A stretch of 64,000 nt of DNA from Octopus vulgaris (Eukaryota). The notes beneath the pieces were generated by a model that saw only the letters and a program-made list of their open reading frames with translations, did not search any database and had not been told where the DNA came from. The stretch is taken from contig OX597836.1 of NCBI GenBank assembly GCA_951406725.2, positions 12,400,001 to 12,464,000 on the forward strand. The letters run 5' to 3'. Shown here piece after piece: positions 52,698-64,000 of the stretch. Positions within the stretch are counted from its first letter, which is position 1, and every line of letters begins with the position of its first letter. The position numbers were made by a program, and so were the translations under genes.

Positions 52698-53565
52698 ACT
52701 ACCACCACCACTGTTACTATTACTACTACCACCACCACTATAATTACTGCTACTACTGCTACCACTACCTCCATAATTACTACTACTACCACCACCACCA
52801 TTATTACTGCTACCTCCACCACTACCATAATTACTACTACTACCACCACCACCATAATTGCTGCTGCCACCACCACCATTATTACTACTACTACTACTAC
52901 TACCACCACCAGCATTACTACTACCACCACCACCACTATTACTACTACCACCACCACCACCATAATTACTACTACCACCACCACCACCATAATTGCTGCT
53001 GCCACCACCACCATTATTACTACTACTACTACTACCACCACCAGCATTACTACTACCACCACCACCATTATTACTACTACCACCACCACCACCATAATTA
53101 CTACTACTACCACCACCACCATAATTGCTGCTACCACCACCACCATTATTACTACTACTACTACCACCACCACCAGCATTACTACTACTACTACCACCAC
53201 CATTACTGCTACCACCACCACCATAATTACTACTACTACCACCACCACCATAATTGCTGCTACCACCACCACCATTATTACTACTACTACTACTACCACC
53301 ATAATTACTACTACTACTACCACCACCACCACCACCACCATTACTACTACCACCACCATAATTACTACTACTACTACCACCACTACCCATTATTACTACT
53401 ACAGCTATTACAACTTCTACCACCAATACTACCACTACCCCTTCCACTACTACCAATACTACTACAACTACTTTTGTAGCTACTGCGACTACTATCGCTA
53501 CTGTTGCTACTACTACTACTGCAGCTACTGCTACTATTACTAATACTACTAATACTACTACTATT
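52698..53565. repeat. (CAC/TAC)n compound repeat with about 130-bp higher-order periodicity
   Basis: AATTGCTGCT marker at about 52855, 52991, 53123, 53252. Confidence 0.85.
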
Positions 53566-54019
53566 GATATGGCTGTGATGATGAGCCTGTAGTGGCCATG
53601 TGGGAGCTACATGATTTTCTAAACCACTGCACAGCATGTTTAGAAGTGATTCATGGAGGTGATATCACAAGTGATAAAATGCCTAGCTATGCAAAGGTGA
53701 TATCACACAAAGTGATAAATTCTCAGAAAGGTTATCATGGTTTACTTTTGAAAACTTCCCAGAAAACCAAAAAACTGACAAAAGAAAAATCAAAATAAAT
53801 CTTTCTTTGTTTTTTTCTTTCTTTTTTTTTTTGGAAGTTTTGGGGCTTTTTTGTTGGCTTTTTTTTTTAGTAGGGGTGGGGTTCATTTTTTTTGCGAAAG
53901 AAAGTTATATTTAACAAATAATATCAAATAGTATCAAAGAAATCTGACTGCAATGACAGAATCAAGTATTTTGGGGACAATAAATAATAATTATGATAAC
54001 GAGATTTGTTCAATAATAA

Positions 54020-54450
54020 TCATCATCATCATCATCATTTAGCGTCCGTTTTCCATGCTAGCATGGGTTGGACGGTTCAACCGGGGTCTGGGAAGCCAGA
54101 AGTCTGCACCAGGCCCAGTCTGATCTGGCAATGTTTCTACGGCTGGATGCCCTTCCTAACGCCAACCACTCCGTGAGTGTAGTGGGTGCTTTTTACGTGC
54201 CACTGGCACAGGTGCCAAACGGGGCTGGCAAACGGCCACGGTCGGATGGTGCTTTTTACGTACCACCGGCACGGGGGCCAGGCGAGGCTGGCAATGGCCA
54301 CGATCGGATGGTGCTTTTTACGTGCCACCGGCATGGAGGCTAGTTGGGGCGGCGCTGTCAACGGCCACGATCGGATGGTTCACTTATGTGCCACCGGCAC
54401 TGATATCACAGCTGCAATTTCCATTGATGTTGATCGACTTCGATTTTGGT
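54020..54450 (-). mobile_element. Family C element with about 4 subunits
   Basis: Family C motifs. Confidence 0.85.
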
Positions 54451-54886
54451 TTAATGATCCTTTCTATCATAGGCACAAGATTTTGGGGAAGGGGCTAGTT
54501 GATTACACTGACCCCAGCATGCAACTGGTACATATGAAGGCTGAAAGGATGAACGGCAAAGTCAACCATGGTGGAATTTGACTGACACAAACATATTAGA
54601 GTTTGGGATCGATCCGGTACTGGACAAGGATTCTGGATTCGAGGCTATAGAAGAAGACACTTGCCCAAGGTACCATGCAGTGGGCCTGAACCCGGAACCA
54701 TGTGGTTGGTAAGCAAGCTACTTACCACACAGCCACTCCTGCGCATATAAAAACTGCTAATATTTCTCTAAAACCCCGGCCAAGGATTTGTCATGAGACA
54801 GTTAGGCTTGGCTGATAGAAACCTTAGATAATATATAACTTATGTTGTACAGTGTATAGAATAATTAAGTTCGTTACTGTAACGAC

Positions 54887-54928
<42 letters not shown>

Positions 54929-55466
54929 GCTGAACTCCCATTCGCTGGACCGGTCTATCTCATTGGTTTCATAATTAAAGTAAAATTTTAACGTTATCCT
55001 CTGGTTATCTATTAGTAATTTGAACAATAATTCAACGATAATGAGATGAGATATCATTCGAGAAAGGATATTCCAAAACAAATTATGTTCTCCGAAGATA
55101 TTATCCACGGAAGGATATTTATCTGGGAAAGATAATTACATTTCGAAATTATTTTTTATTTTTATTTTTTACTTTTTTTTTCTCCAAGACAAGGCAAGTA
55201 GCATTATCAGTAGGAGTGGTTAGTTGCTGGTTTTGTGCTGTAAACAGTGAGAAAGCAGCATAATTGTTTTGATTGCTTGTGATGCTGAGTTCAAATCTTG
55301 CCGTGGGCCTTTTTTCTTTTTTCATTTTTTTTTTTTATTTTCCATGTACTCAGCTGGATCTCAAACTAGATTTCCCATTGTAAGAGGAATGTTAAATAAC
55401 TAATCATTGAACTTCCGGTTCCATATTAGATTTATAAGCCCTAAAATTCATTCCATAATTGCCCAC

Positions 55467-55720
55467 GGGCATATGGCGTAGTGGTTAAGAGCACGAGCTA
55501 CTAATCCCAAGATTCTGAGTTTGATTCCAGGCAGTGACCTAAATAACAATAATAATTAATAAGAAGAAGAAGAACATCGAAAAATACCTTAGGAATGAGA
55601 ACCCAGATTCGAAATTTCCCCAAGACACCTGATGAGGGCTGGAGGGTATAACAGCTGAAACATTGTGTTAACAACAAACAAGATGAGGACAAATATCCAT
55701 CAAATGTAAATAATGTAATT
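55467..55720 (+). mobile_element. tRNA-head/hammerhead SINE, copy 2
   Basis: A box TGGCGTAGTGG, B-box variant GAGTTTGATTCC, A-rich linker, hammerhead motif, AAATAATGT tail. Confidence 0.8.
55624..55669 (+). ncRNA. Minimal type I hammerhead motif (stem III mutated)
   Basis: GACAC-CTGATGA-G-GGCTG-loop-CAGCT-GAAAC-ATT-GTGTT. Confidence 0.65.
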
Positions 55721-56068
55721 GAACCTCAATTGTTTGTGCTTCTAAATACATGCTTTTTTAATCGGTTTGTGTGTTTGTTTTTCAATATCTTTCACTGTAT
55801 CTAGCAATGTATCAGCAGATTTGATAGAGTGTTAGACAAAACACATTACAGTATTTATACCAAAACCTTGTAGGTTCAAATCCTCTCACTGAGCCCAGCT
55901 TTGTTTTTCATCCTCCTGGGGTTTTGATGAAACGAAAAATAGTTCCAGTTTAGATCATGCAAGTATACTTATGTGTATCTCTATATGTATGTATATACAT
56001 GCATACACATACTTATGTATGCATGCATATACCTACATATACATATATTTTATGTTCATATATGTTCA

Positions 56069-56432
56069 GGCGCAGGAGTGGCTGTGTGGTAAGTAGCTTG
56101 CTAACCAACCACATGGTTCCGGGTTCAGTCTCACTGCGTGGCATCTTGGGCAAGTGTCTTCTGCTATAGCCCCGGGCCGACCAAAGCCTTGTGAGTGGAT
56201 TTGGTAGATGGAAACTGAAAGAAGCCCGTCATATATGTATGTGTGTGTGTTTGTCCCCCTAGCATTGCTTGACAACCGATGCTGGTGTGTTTATGTCCCC
56301 GTCACTTAGCGGTTTGGCAAAAGAGACCAATAGAATAAGTACTGGGCTTACAAAGAATAAGTCCTGGGGTCAAGTTGCTCGATTAAAGGTGGTGCACCAG
56401 CATGGCCGCAGTCAAAATGACTGAAAAAAGTT
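56069..56432 (+). mobile_element. Full-length family A SINE
   Basis: GGCGCAGGAGTGGCTGTGTGGTAAG head to tail. Confidence 0.9.
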
Positions 56433-56909
56433 AAAAAAAAAAAAAATTTTTATATATATATATATATATATGTGTGTGTATATTCATGTATACCCATATC
56501 CACACAAACACGCCTATAATTCTGCAACATTATCAAATCCTGACCCATTCTTGCATTCTTTAATGCAACAGTTTTAGTTCCTGTCAATTTACCTTGGATT
56601 GAATATGCAATCCGCCCACCTCTATCTCACCTCTCTGGAATCTACGTTTTCCATAATGGATAAGGGAACCTGTAAAAACCCTTTATGGGGCCAGAGGTCA
56701 CTAGGCATTCTATTGGGTTGTTTTATTAGATTCGCGTCCCAGCCTTTCAAGCTTGACACCAACCGTATCTGCTCGCTTTAAAAGCTCGCCAGGTTTTTGC
56801 AGGTTCACACTTTGAGCAAACATCAATTGCAGATAGCGCTCGAGATAAGGTCAAATGGTCCTTTTTTTTTTGTTTATCTCAGATTCAGTTTATTGCTTAT
56901 GCACATACG

Positions 56910-56949
<40 letters not shown>

Positions 56950-56964
<15 letters not shown>

Positions 56965-57451
56965 ATATATATTATATGTGTGTATATATATATTATATAT
57001 TTATATATTTTATACGTATGTGTATGTGTGTATATGTATATATATATATAGATATATATATGTATGTATATATATATATGTATGTATATTTGTGTGTATG
57101 TATGTATGTGTGTGTGTGGATGTATGCATTTATGAATATCTACTTATGTGTACATATGTGTGTGTGTGTATATATATATATGTGTGTATATATGTATATA
57201 TATATATATGTGTGTGTGTGTATATATATTATATGTGTGTATATATATATTATATATTTATATATTTTATACGTATGTGTATGTGTGTATATGTATATAT
57301 ATATATAGATATATATATGTATGTATATATATATATGTATGTATATTTGTGTGTATGTATGTATGTGTGTGTGTGGATGTATGCATTTATGAATATCTAC
57401 TTATGTGTACATATGTGTGTGTGTGTATATATATATATGTGTGTATATATG

Positions 57452-57470
<19 letters not shown>
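56950..57470. repeat. Exact 257-bp tandem duplication of a compound microsatellite
   Basis: GGATGTATGCATTTATGAATATCTAC at 57118 and 57375. Confidence 0.85.
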
Positions 57471-57524
<54 letters not shown>

Positions 57525-58231
57525 GTGTATATACATATATATATGTATGTATGTATTTATATATTTGAGGATAAGCTGTACATTTGTTCCCGGAAAATTG
57601 ATGTTTAATTACGTTTGACTTGTGTATATAATCCTTTGAAGTTCCTTCCTTCGGCATTTAGCTGTTTGTTTTGTTTCCCCTTTTCTTTTCCAAGGATTTA
57701 ACCCCATAAATCAATGTTATTTTTGTATCATTTTCTGCTCCTATATTTTCTTAGAGGACCTTAAAAGGTTTTGTTTTGTTTTTTTATGTCATTTCCTTAT
57801 ATACTTTGATGGATTTTTTTTTTATTTGACCTCTCCTCTCCCCTACTCCAAGAAACAGAAAGGTATCTTGTTACCAAAAAAATTGAAACCCTGAGATTTT
57901 AATCTTCCAGTCTTGTTGGCCTACTAGAAATAGCAACCTGATCTACCTCCAATTACATCCGGATCATTTGATTATGTGCTTTCCTTAGTATATACCATTT
58001 ACAAAGAAATGAACGGGATGGGGTGGTCATGGCTAGAACACCTTTGGTAGAAGGCTTACTTGATTACGGATGATTCAGAGCTCAACATGATCACTGCCAT
58101 CTTTTGAAGAGAAATTCTATGAGGCTAAAAATAGCACTCAAAGCTCCCTCAGATCATACCCTAAGCATCTTGAAATATGTCTATCGTTGTCTATGAGATT
58201 TCTCCTGATGATGTTTTTCAGCTCAACACTG

Positions 58232-58930
58232 AATCATCATCATCATCATCGTTTAACATCTGCTTTCCATGCTAGCATGGGTTGGACGGTTCAACTGGGT
58301 TCTGGGAAGTCAGGAGGCTGCACCAGGCTCCAGTCTGATCTGGCAGTGTTTCTACAGCTGGATGCCCTTCCTAATGCCAACCACTCCGAGAGTATTGTGG
58401 GTGCTTTTTACATGCCACCGACAGCAACCACAATCAGTTGGTGCTTTTTACGTGCCACCAGCACAGAAACCAGTCAAGGCGACGCTGGCATCAGCCACGT
58501 TTGGACACTGTTTTTTTTATAAATGGTGCAGGAGTGGCTGTGTGGTAAGTAGCTTGCTAAGCAACGACATGGTTCCGGGTTCAGTCCCACTGCATGGCAT
58601 CTTGGGCAAGTGTCTTCTGCTATAGCCTTGGGCCGACCAAAGCCTTGTGAGTGGATTTGGTAGACGGAAACTGAAAGATGCCCGTCGTATATATGTATAT
58701 ATATATGTATGTGCTTGTATGTTTGTGTGTGTGTGTTTGTCCCCCTAGCATTGCTTGACAACCGATGCTGGTGTGTTTATGTCCCCGTCACCTAGCGGTT
58801 TGGCAAAGAGACTGATAGAATAAGTACTGGGCTTACAAAGAATAAGTCCTGGGGGTCGAGTTCCCTGACTAAAGGCGGTGCTCCAGCATGGCCGCAGTCA
58901 AATGACTGAAACAAGTAAAAGAGAGAGTAA
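58232..58930. mobile_element. Family C (minus, 58232-58510) adjacent to full-length family A (plus, 58525-58930)
   Basis: Family motifs. Confidence 0.85.
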
Positions 58931-59548
58931 AGGTGTGTTCCTGTCCAGCATGAGGTTTTCCATCTATTTCTCGTTTATATTACTTTCTGCTATGAATGAA
59001 ACCCAAGAACTAACCCTGAAGAGGTGATGGACCTTTCTAGGCTGTAAGAAGATGCATTTATATTTGATACATATCTCATTTTCCTCTCCTGCATGTGTGT
59101 GTAGTGTGTGTGTGTGTGTGTGTTTCGAGTTCCTATCAGAATCTTAAGTCTGACAAAAATCTTTCAAGAAAACCCAAATTCCAACGAAAAAACCTGCTTG
59201 CACTCATCACAGCTTGGAGAGATAATCATTCATATCTTTGTGTGTGTGGAAAAGAGAGGAGTGGGTGATTGGTGGTGATGGTGGTGAAAGAAAGTGTGAG
59301 GGAGATACAGAGAGAGAGAGAGAGGGAGCAAGTGAGAACCTGTTTTTAAATAAGGGCTCCACCCTTCACAATAAATTAATTTCACATATATATATATATA
59401 TATATATCTATATATATATATATATATATATATACATACACACACATATATATATATATATTTATACTTGCACACACATATAGATATACACACAGATATA
59501 TATATATATATACACACACATATATAACACACATAGATACATGCACAC

Positions 59549-59584
<36 letters not shown>

Positions 59585-60354
59585 TTATATATACATATAT
59601 ATATACACACACACGCACATATATATACATAGATATAAACATGCACATACACACACACACACATAGTTATTTTGACTTGCTATAACTATCTCTTTTTGCA
59701 TCATACCCTACAACCATCACCACCACCACCACCTACTAGCAGCTACCACTATCACCATCACCATCACCACTTTCTCCATATATGTACTTAAAATCCACAT
59801 TACCTTTCCTGTTCAGGTGAGCCAACAGGTTTAATTTTAACCAGAAATTATTATGGCTTCATGTTCTCATATGTGTACACGTAGGTGTATGCTAGGCTCC
59901 GTGGTAAGAAGCTTGCTTCTCACCAGCATGGGTATGGGTTCAGTTCCACTTGCGTGGCTTCTTGGGCAAGTGTCTTCAGATCTTTTCCGTTTGGCCTTCT
60001 CTTTTCAATTCCTTCAGCTTTGAATTGATTTCAGATCTGGTGTATTGATGTATTTTTGCATGGTAATTATGGGAATGAAATTCATTTTTGCCATAACTTA
60101 ATAAAAAATGAATAGCATTTAAAGTTTGCAAATTTTGAGTAGTTTTAGCCATTCAAGAGCCACAAACATGTTGGTGCCTTTTTCCATAGTATCAAGCCAA
60201 GATCGATTTTTACCTTTCAGCCTTTTGGGAGTGATAAAGTAAGTACCAGCTGAGTAGTGGGGTCAATAATAGACTCACGCCTACCCCGAAATTGCTGGCC
60301 TTGTGCCAAAACTTGAATCCATTATTGTTATTATTATACTGATTATTATTATTA

Positions 60355-60590
60355 AGGTGATGAGTTGGTAGAATCTTTAGCACACTGGACAAATTGCTTA
60401 TTGGTATTTCACCTGTCGCTACATCCTGAGTTCAAATTCCATCAAGGTCGACTCTACCTTTCATCCTTTGGGGGGTCGACAAAATATGTACCAGTTGAAT
60501 GCTGGGGTCAATGTAATCAACATTCCCCCTCCCCAAATTTCTGGCCTTGTGCCTATAATAGAAAGGATTATTATTATTATTATTATTATA

Positions 60591-60634
<44 letters not shown>

Positions 60635-61030
60635 CATCGTTAAGGTAGCCTGCTGGTAGAATCGTTAGCACATCAGGCAAAATGCTTGGTGGCATTTCAT
60701 CTGTCTTTACGTTCTGAGTTCAAATCCTGCTGAGGTCGACTTTGCCTTTCATCCTTTCAGGGACGATAAATTAAGTACCAGTGAAACATTGGGGTTCATG
60801 TAATCAACTATCTCCCACCTCTAAGTTTCAGGCATTGTGCATTTAGTAGAAAGGATTATTATTATTATTATTATTATTATGAAAAGCAGCATGCTGGACG
60901 AAATGCTAAGCGGTATTTCACCCATCACTACATTCGGAGTTCAAATTCTACCAAGGTCGACTTTGCCCTTCATCCTTTCAGGGTTGATAAAATAAGTACC
61001 TGTGAAATACTGGGGTCGATGTAATAGACT
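60355..61030 (+). mobile_element. Three tandem family B SINEs with (ATT)n tails
   Basis: Heads at about 60355, 60643, 60885. Confidence 0.8.
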
Positions 61031-61033
61031 TAA

Positions 61034-61254
61034 CCCTTTTGTTACCAACCTGGCTGAAACTAGCTCTAGCTCTGAGTACAAATGTCTTGTTTTCATAAAT
61101 TTTGAATTAAAATCTTCCACCAAACCTTAGCCACAATTTATGTTCCTAACACTAGCTTAATGATAACTAAGTTATTTTACTAAATTCTTTCTTATATTTA
61201 AAATTAATTGAAAAAAACACAGAGCATCTCAGTAGAAATAAGGTAACAAAAGGG
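61034..61254 (+). mobile_element. piggyBac-like MITE
   Basis: TTAA-CCCTTTTGTTACC ... GGTAACAAAAGGG-TTAA. Confidence 0.9.
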
Positions 61255-61278
61255 TTAAAGTCGCCACGATATTTTTAA

Positions 61279-61503
61279 CCCTTTCAATACCAAACCGGCT
61301 GAAACCGGCTCTGGTTCTGTAGTACAAATGTCTTGTTTTCATATGTTTTGAATTAAAACCTTCCACCAAAACCTTAGTCACAATTTTTATGTTCCTAACA
61401 CTAGCTGAATGATGACCAAGTTATTTTACTAAATTCTTTGTTATATTTAAAGTAGTTGAAAGAAACGACCGAGCATCTCAACAGGAATACGGTTACGAAA
61501 GGG
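61279..61503 (+). mobile_element. piggyBac-like MITE, second copy
   Basis: TTAA-CCCTTTC ... GAAAGGG-TTAA; homologous to 61034-61254. Confidence 0.9.
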
Positions 61504-61848
61504 TTAATCCCTTCCTCCAAGCTGCCCTTGTGGCAACATTTGAAATCATCATCACCATCACCATCATCATCATCGTCACCATCATCATTTCTGATTTGCA
61601 TTGAGCTGCTCACAGTAGTCGTGGTTGATGCATTGTTCTGAGATAGTTTGGAAACAAAAATAATAAAGAAACAGTAAGAAGAAAAACATGTGTGTGTGTG
61701 TGTAGATATATATATATATATTTATTTATATATATATATACATACATGCTCATACATACATATGTGCACCAAAATATACACACACAAACATATTTATGTG
61801 CATACAATATACATGCATATAAACACATGTATTACATAAACGTAAATA

Positions 61849-61898
<50 letters not shown>

Positions 61899-62115
61899 CA
61901 TACGTGTTCTTTAATTTATTTTCCTTTCTGCGAATTGTCTCGCAACTCTCTGTTGCATCGCCATTGAGGAATTTCAGAGGTCTATTTACACATTTATTGA
62001 AAAATTCCTGCTTCTTCTTTTAACATTTTCTCCTTCTTTTTCTCCTTCTCTTCCTTTTTCTTCTTCTTCTTCTTCTTAAGAAGAAATGTCTTCTGAATGG
62101 ATTGGCTCCATTATA

Positions 62116-62595
<480 letters not shown>

Positions 62596-63179
62596 TGAAT
62601 ACAGAGAAAAAGCGGAAAAGATTTTTTGACTTTTCTTGTCTTTTGGTTGTTGTTTTTTTTTCCTTTTTTGTTTTTTCTTGTGTGTGTGTACTTAACTTGT
62701 CTTCTGCTTGAAGCTGTTACAAATCAAAGCATGACAAACACCGTTTTGTATACAAACGAATAATCTGGTTTTTGTGCACACACACACACATGCACATGCA
62801 TCGATGTGGCCATGCACTCACACACCTTCGCCTTTTCTTCTACCCCGACCCCCACGTAACACTTTGTAGTGTCTGTTTATGAAAAAGAAAATAACTAAAT
62901 AAATAAAGTAGGAAGGAAAGAAAGGAGAAAATGCGATGGAATGAAAATGTCCCTTGTTAACATTTCAGAAAATTAAAATCATCTTTTGATTTTTTTTTTT
63001 TTCTGTATATGTGTATGTATATATATATATATATAGGTATGTATATATCTTTGGGTAAAATGAGGTCCTTGGAATTTCTGAAGTTTTTTCTTGGTGGTTT
63101 CTTTATCTACCAAAGATAAAATACAGGCAGCGTTCAAGATTTTGTTGCATTTGAATTTCATCTCTAGATGTTATGTGCG

Positions 63180-63403
63180 TGTGTGTGTATAGAAAATGAG
63201 AATGGTATTTGTGTGTGTATAGAAAATGAGAATGGTATTTGTGTGTGTATAGAAAATGAGAATGGTATTTGTGTGTGTATAGAAAATGAGAATGGTATTT
63301 GTGTGTGTATAGAAAATGAGAATGGTATTTGTGTGTGTATAGAAAATGAGAATGGTATTTGTGTGTGTATAGAAAATGAGAATGGTATTTGTGTGTGTAT
63401 GTA

Positions 63404-63435
<32 letters not shown>

Positions 63436-64000
63436 GTGAACGGTATTTGTGTGTATGTTTTGTGTGAGTGTGTGTGTGAAAAATGAGAATGGTATTTGTG
63501 TGTGTGTGTGTGTGTAAAAATGAGAATGGTATGTGTGTGTATGTGTGTGTGTGTATAAAAAATGAGAATGGTATTTGTGTGTGTGTGTGTGTGTGTAAAA
63601 ATGAGAATGGTATGTGTGTGTATGTGTGTGTGTGTATAAAAAATGAGAATGGTATTTGTGTGTGTGTGTGTGTGTAAAAATGAGAATGGTATGTGTGTGT
63701 GTATAAAAAATGAGAATGGTATTTGTGTGTGTGTGTGTGTGTGTAAAAATGAGAATGGTATGTGTGTGTATGTGTGTGTGTATAAAAAATGAGAATGGTA
63801 TTTGTGTGTGTATAAAAATGAGAATGGTATGTGTGTGTGTATAAAAATGAGAATGGTATTTGTGTGTATGTGTGTGTGTGTATAAAAATGAGAATGGTAT
63901 GTGTGTGTGTATAAAAATGAGAATGGTATTTGTGTGTATGTGTGTGTGTGTATAAAAATGAGAATGGTATGTGTGTGTGTATAAAAATGAGAATGGTATT
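63180..64000. repeat. Minisatellite with core AAAATGAGAATGGTAT and a variable (GT)n spacer
   Basis: About seven perfect 30-bp units, then variable-length units running off the window end. Confidence 0.95.

Noticed and set aside
52563-53479. 297-aa Gly/Ser-rich and His/Tyr-rich ORFs
   Set aside because: Trinucleotide repeat that is open in several frames on both strands; no signal peptide or splice context, although a Gly-rich structural protein cannot be fully excluded
63180-64000. CRISPR-like repeat-spacer array
   Set aside because: Spacers are just (GT)n, the context is eukaryotic and there are no cas genes

Overview
AT-rich, microsatellite-dense animal DNA with no intact protein-coding gene. 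The repeat set (abundant tRNA-derived SINE families, RTE/CR1/R4-Dong 3' fragments, Penelope-like remnants, dense (TA)n/(CA)n/(AAT)n tracts) fits an octopod cephalopod intergenic or intronic region; this attribution is an inference. Almost all listed ORFs are microsatellite or repeat artefacts, and the few protein-like ones are retrotransposon C-termini. The most notable signal is a set of minimal type I hammerhead ribozyme motifs (CUGANGA...GAAA, about 7 copies from several sequence families). One of these families has a tRNA-derived Pol III head fused to a hammerhead-bearing 3' end, which suggests a hammerhead-carrying, possibly Penelope-mobilised SINE. Also seen: SINE multimers with the same junction at independent loci, a non-autonomous Helitron, pogo/Tigger-like and piggyBac-like MITEs, a 158-bp fold-back insertion with a 14-bp target-site duplication, and several long inverted-repeat (dsRNA-forming) structures. 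Coordinates were read by eye and are approximate to a few bases.
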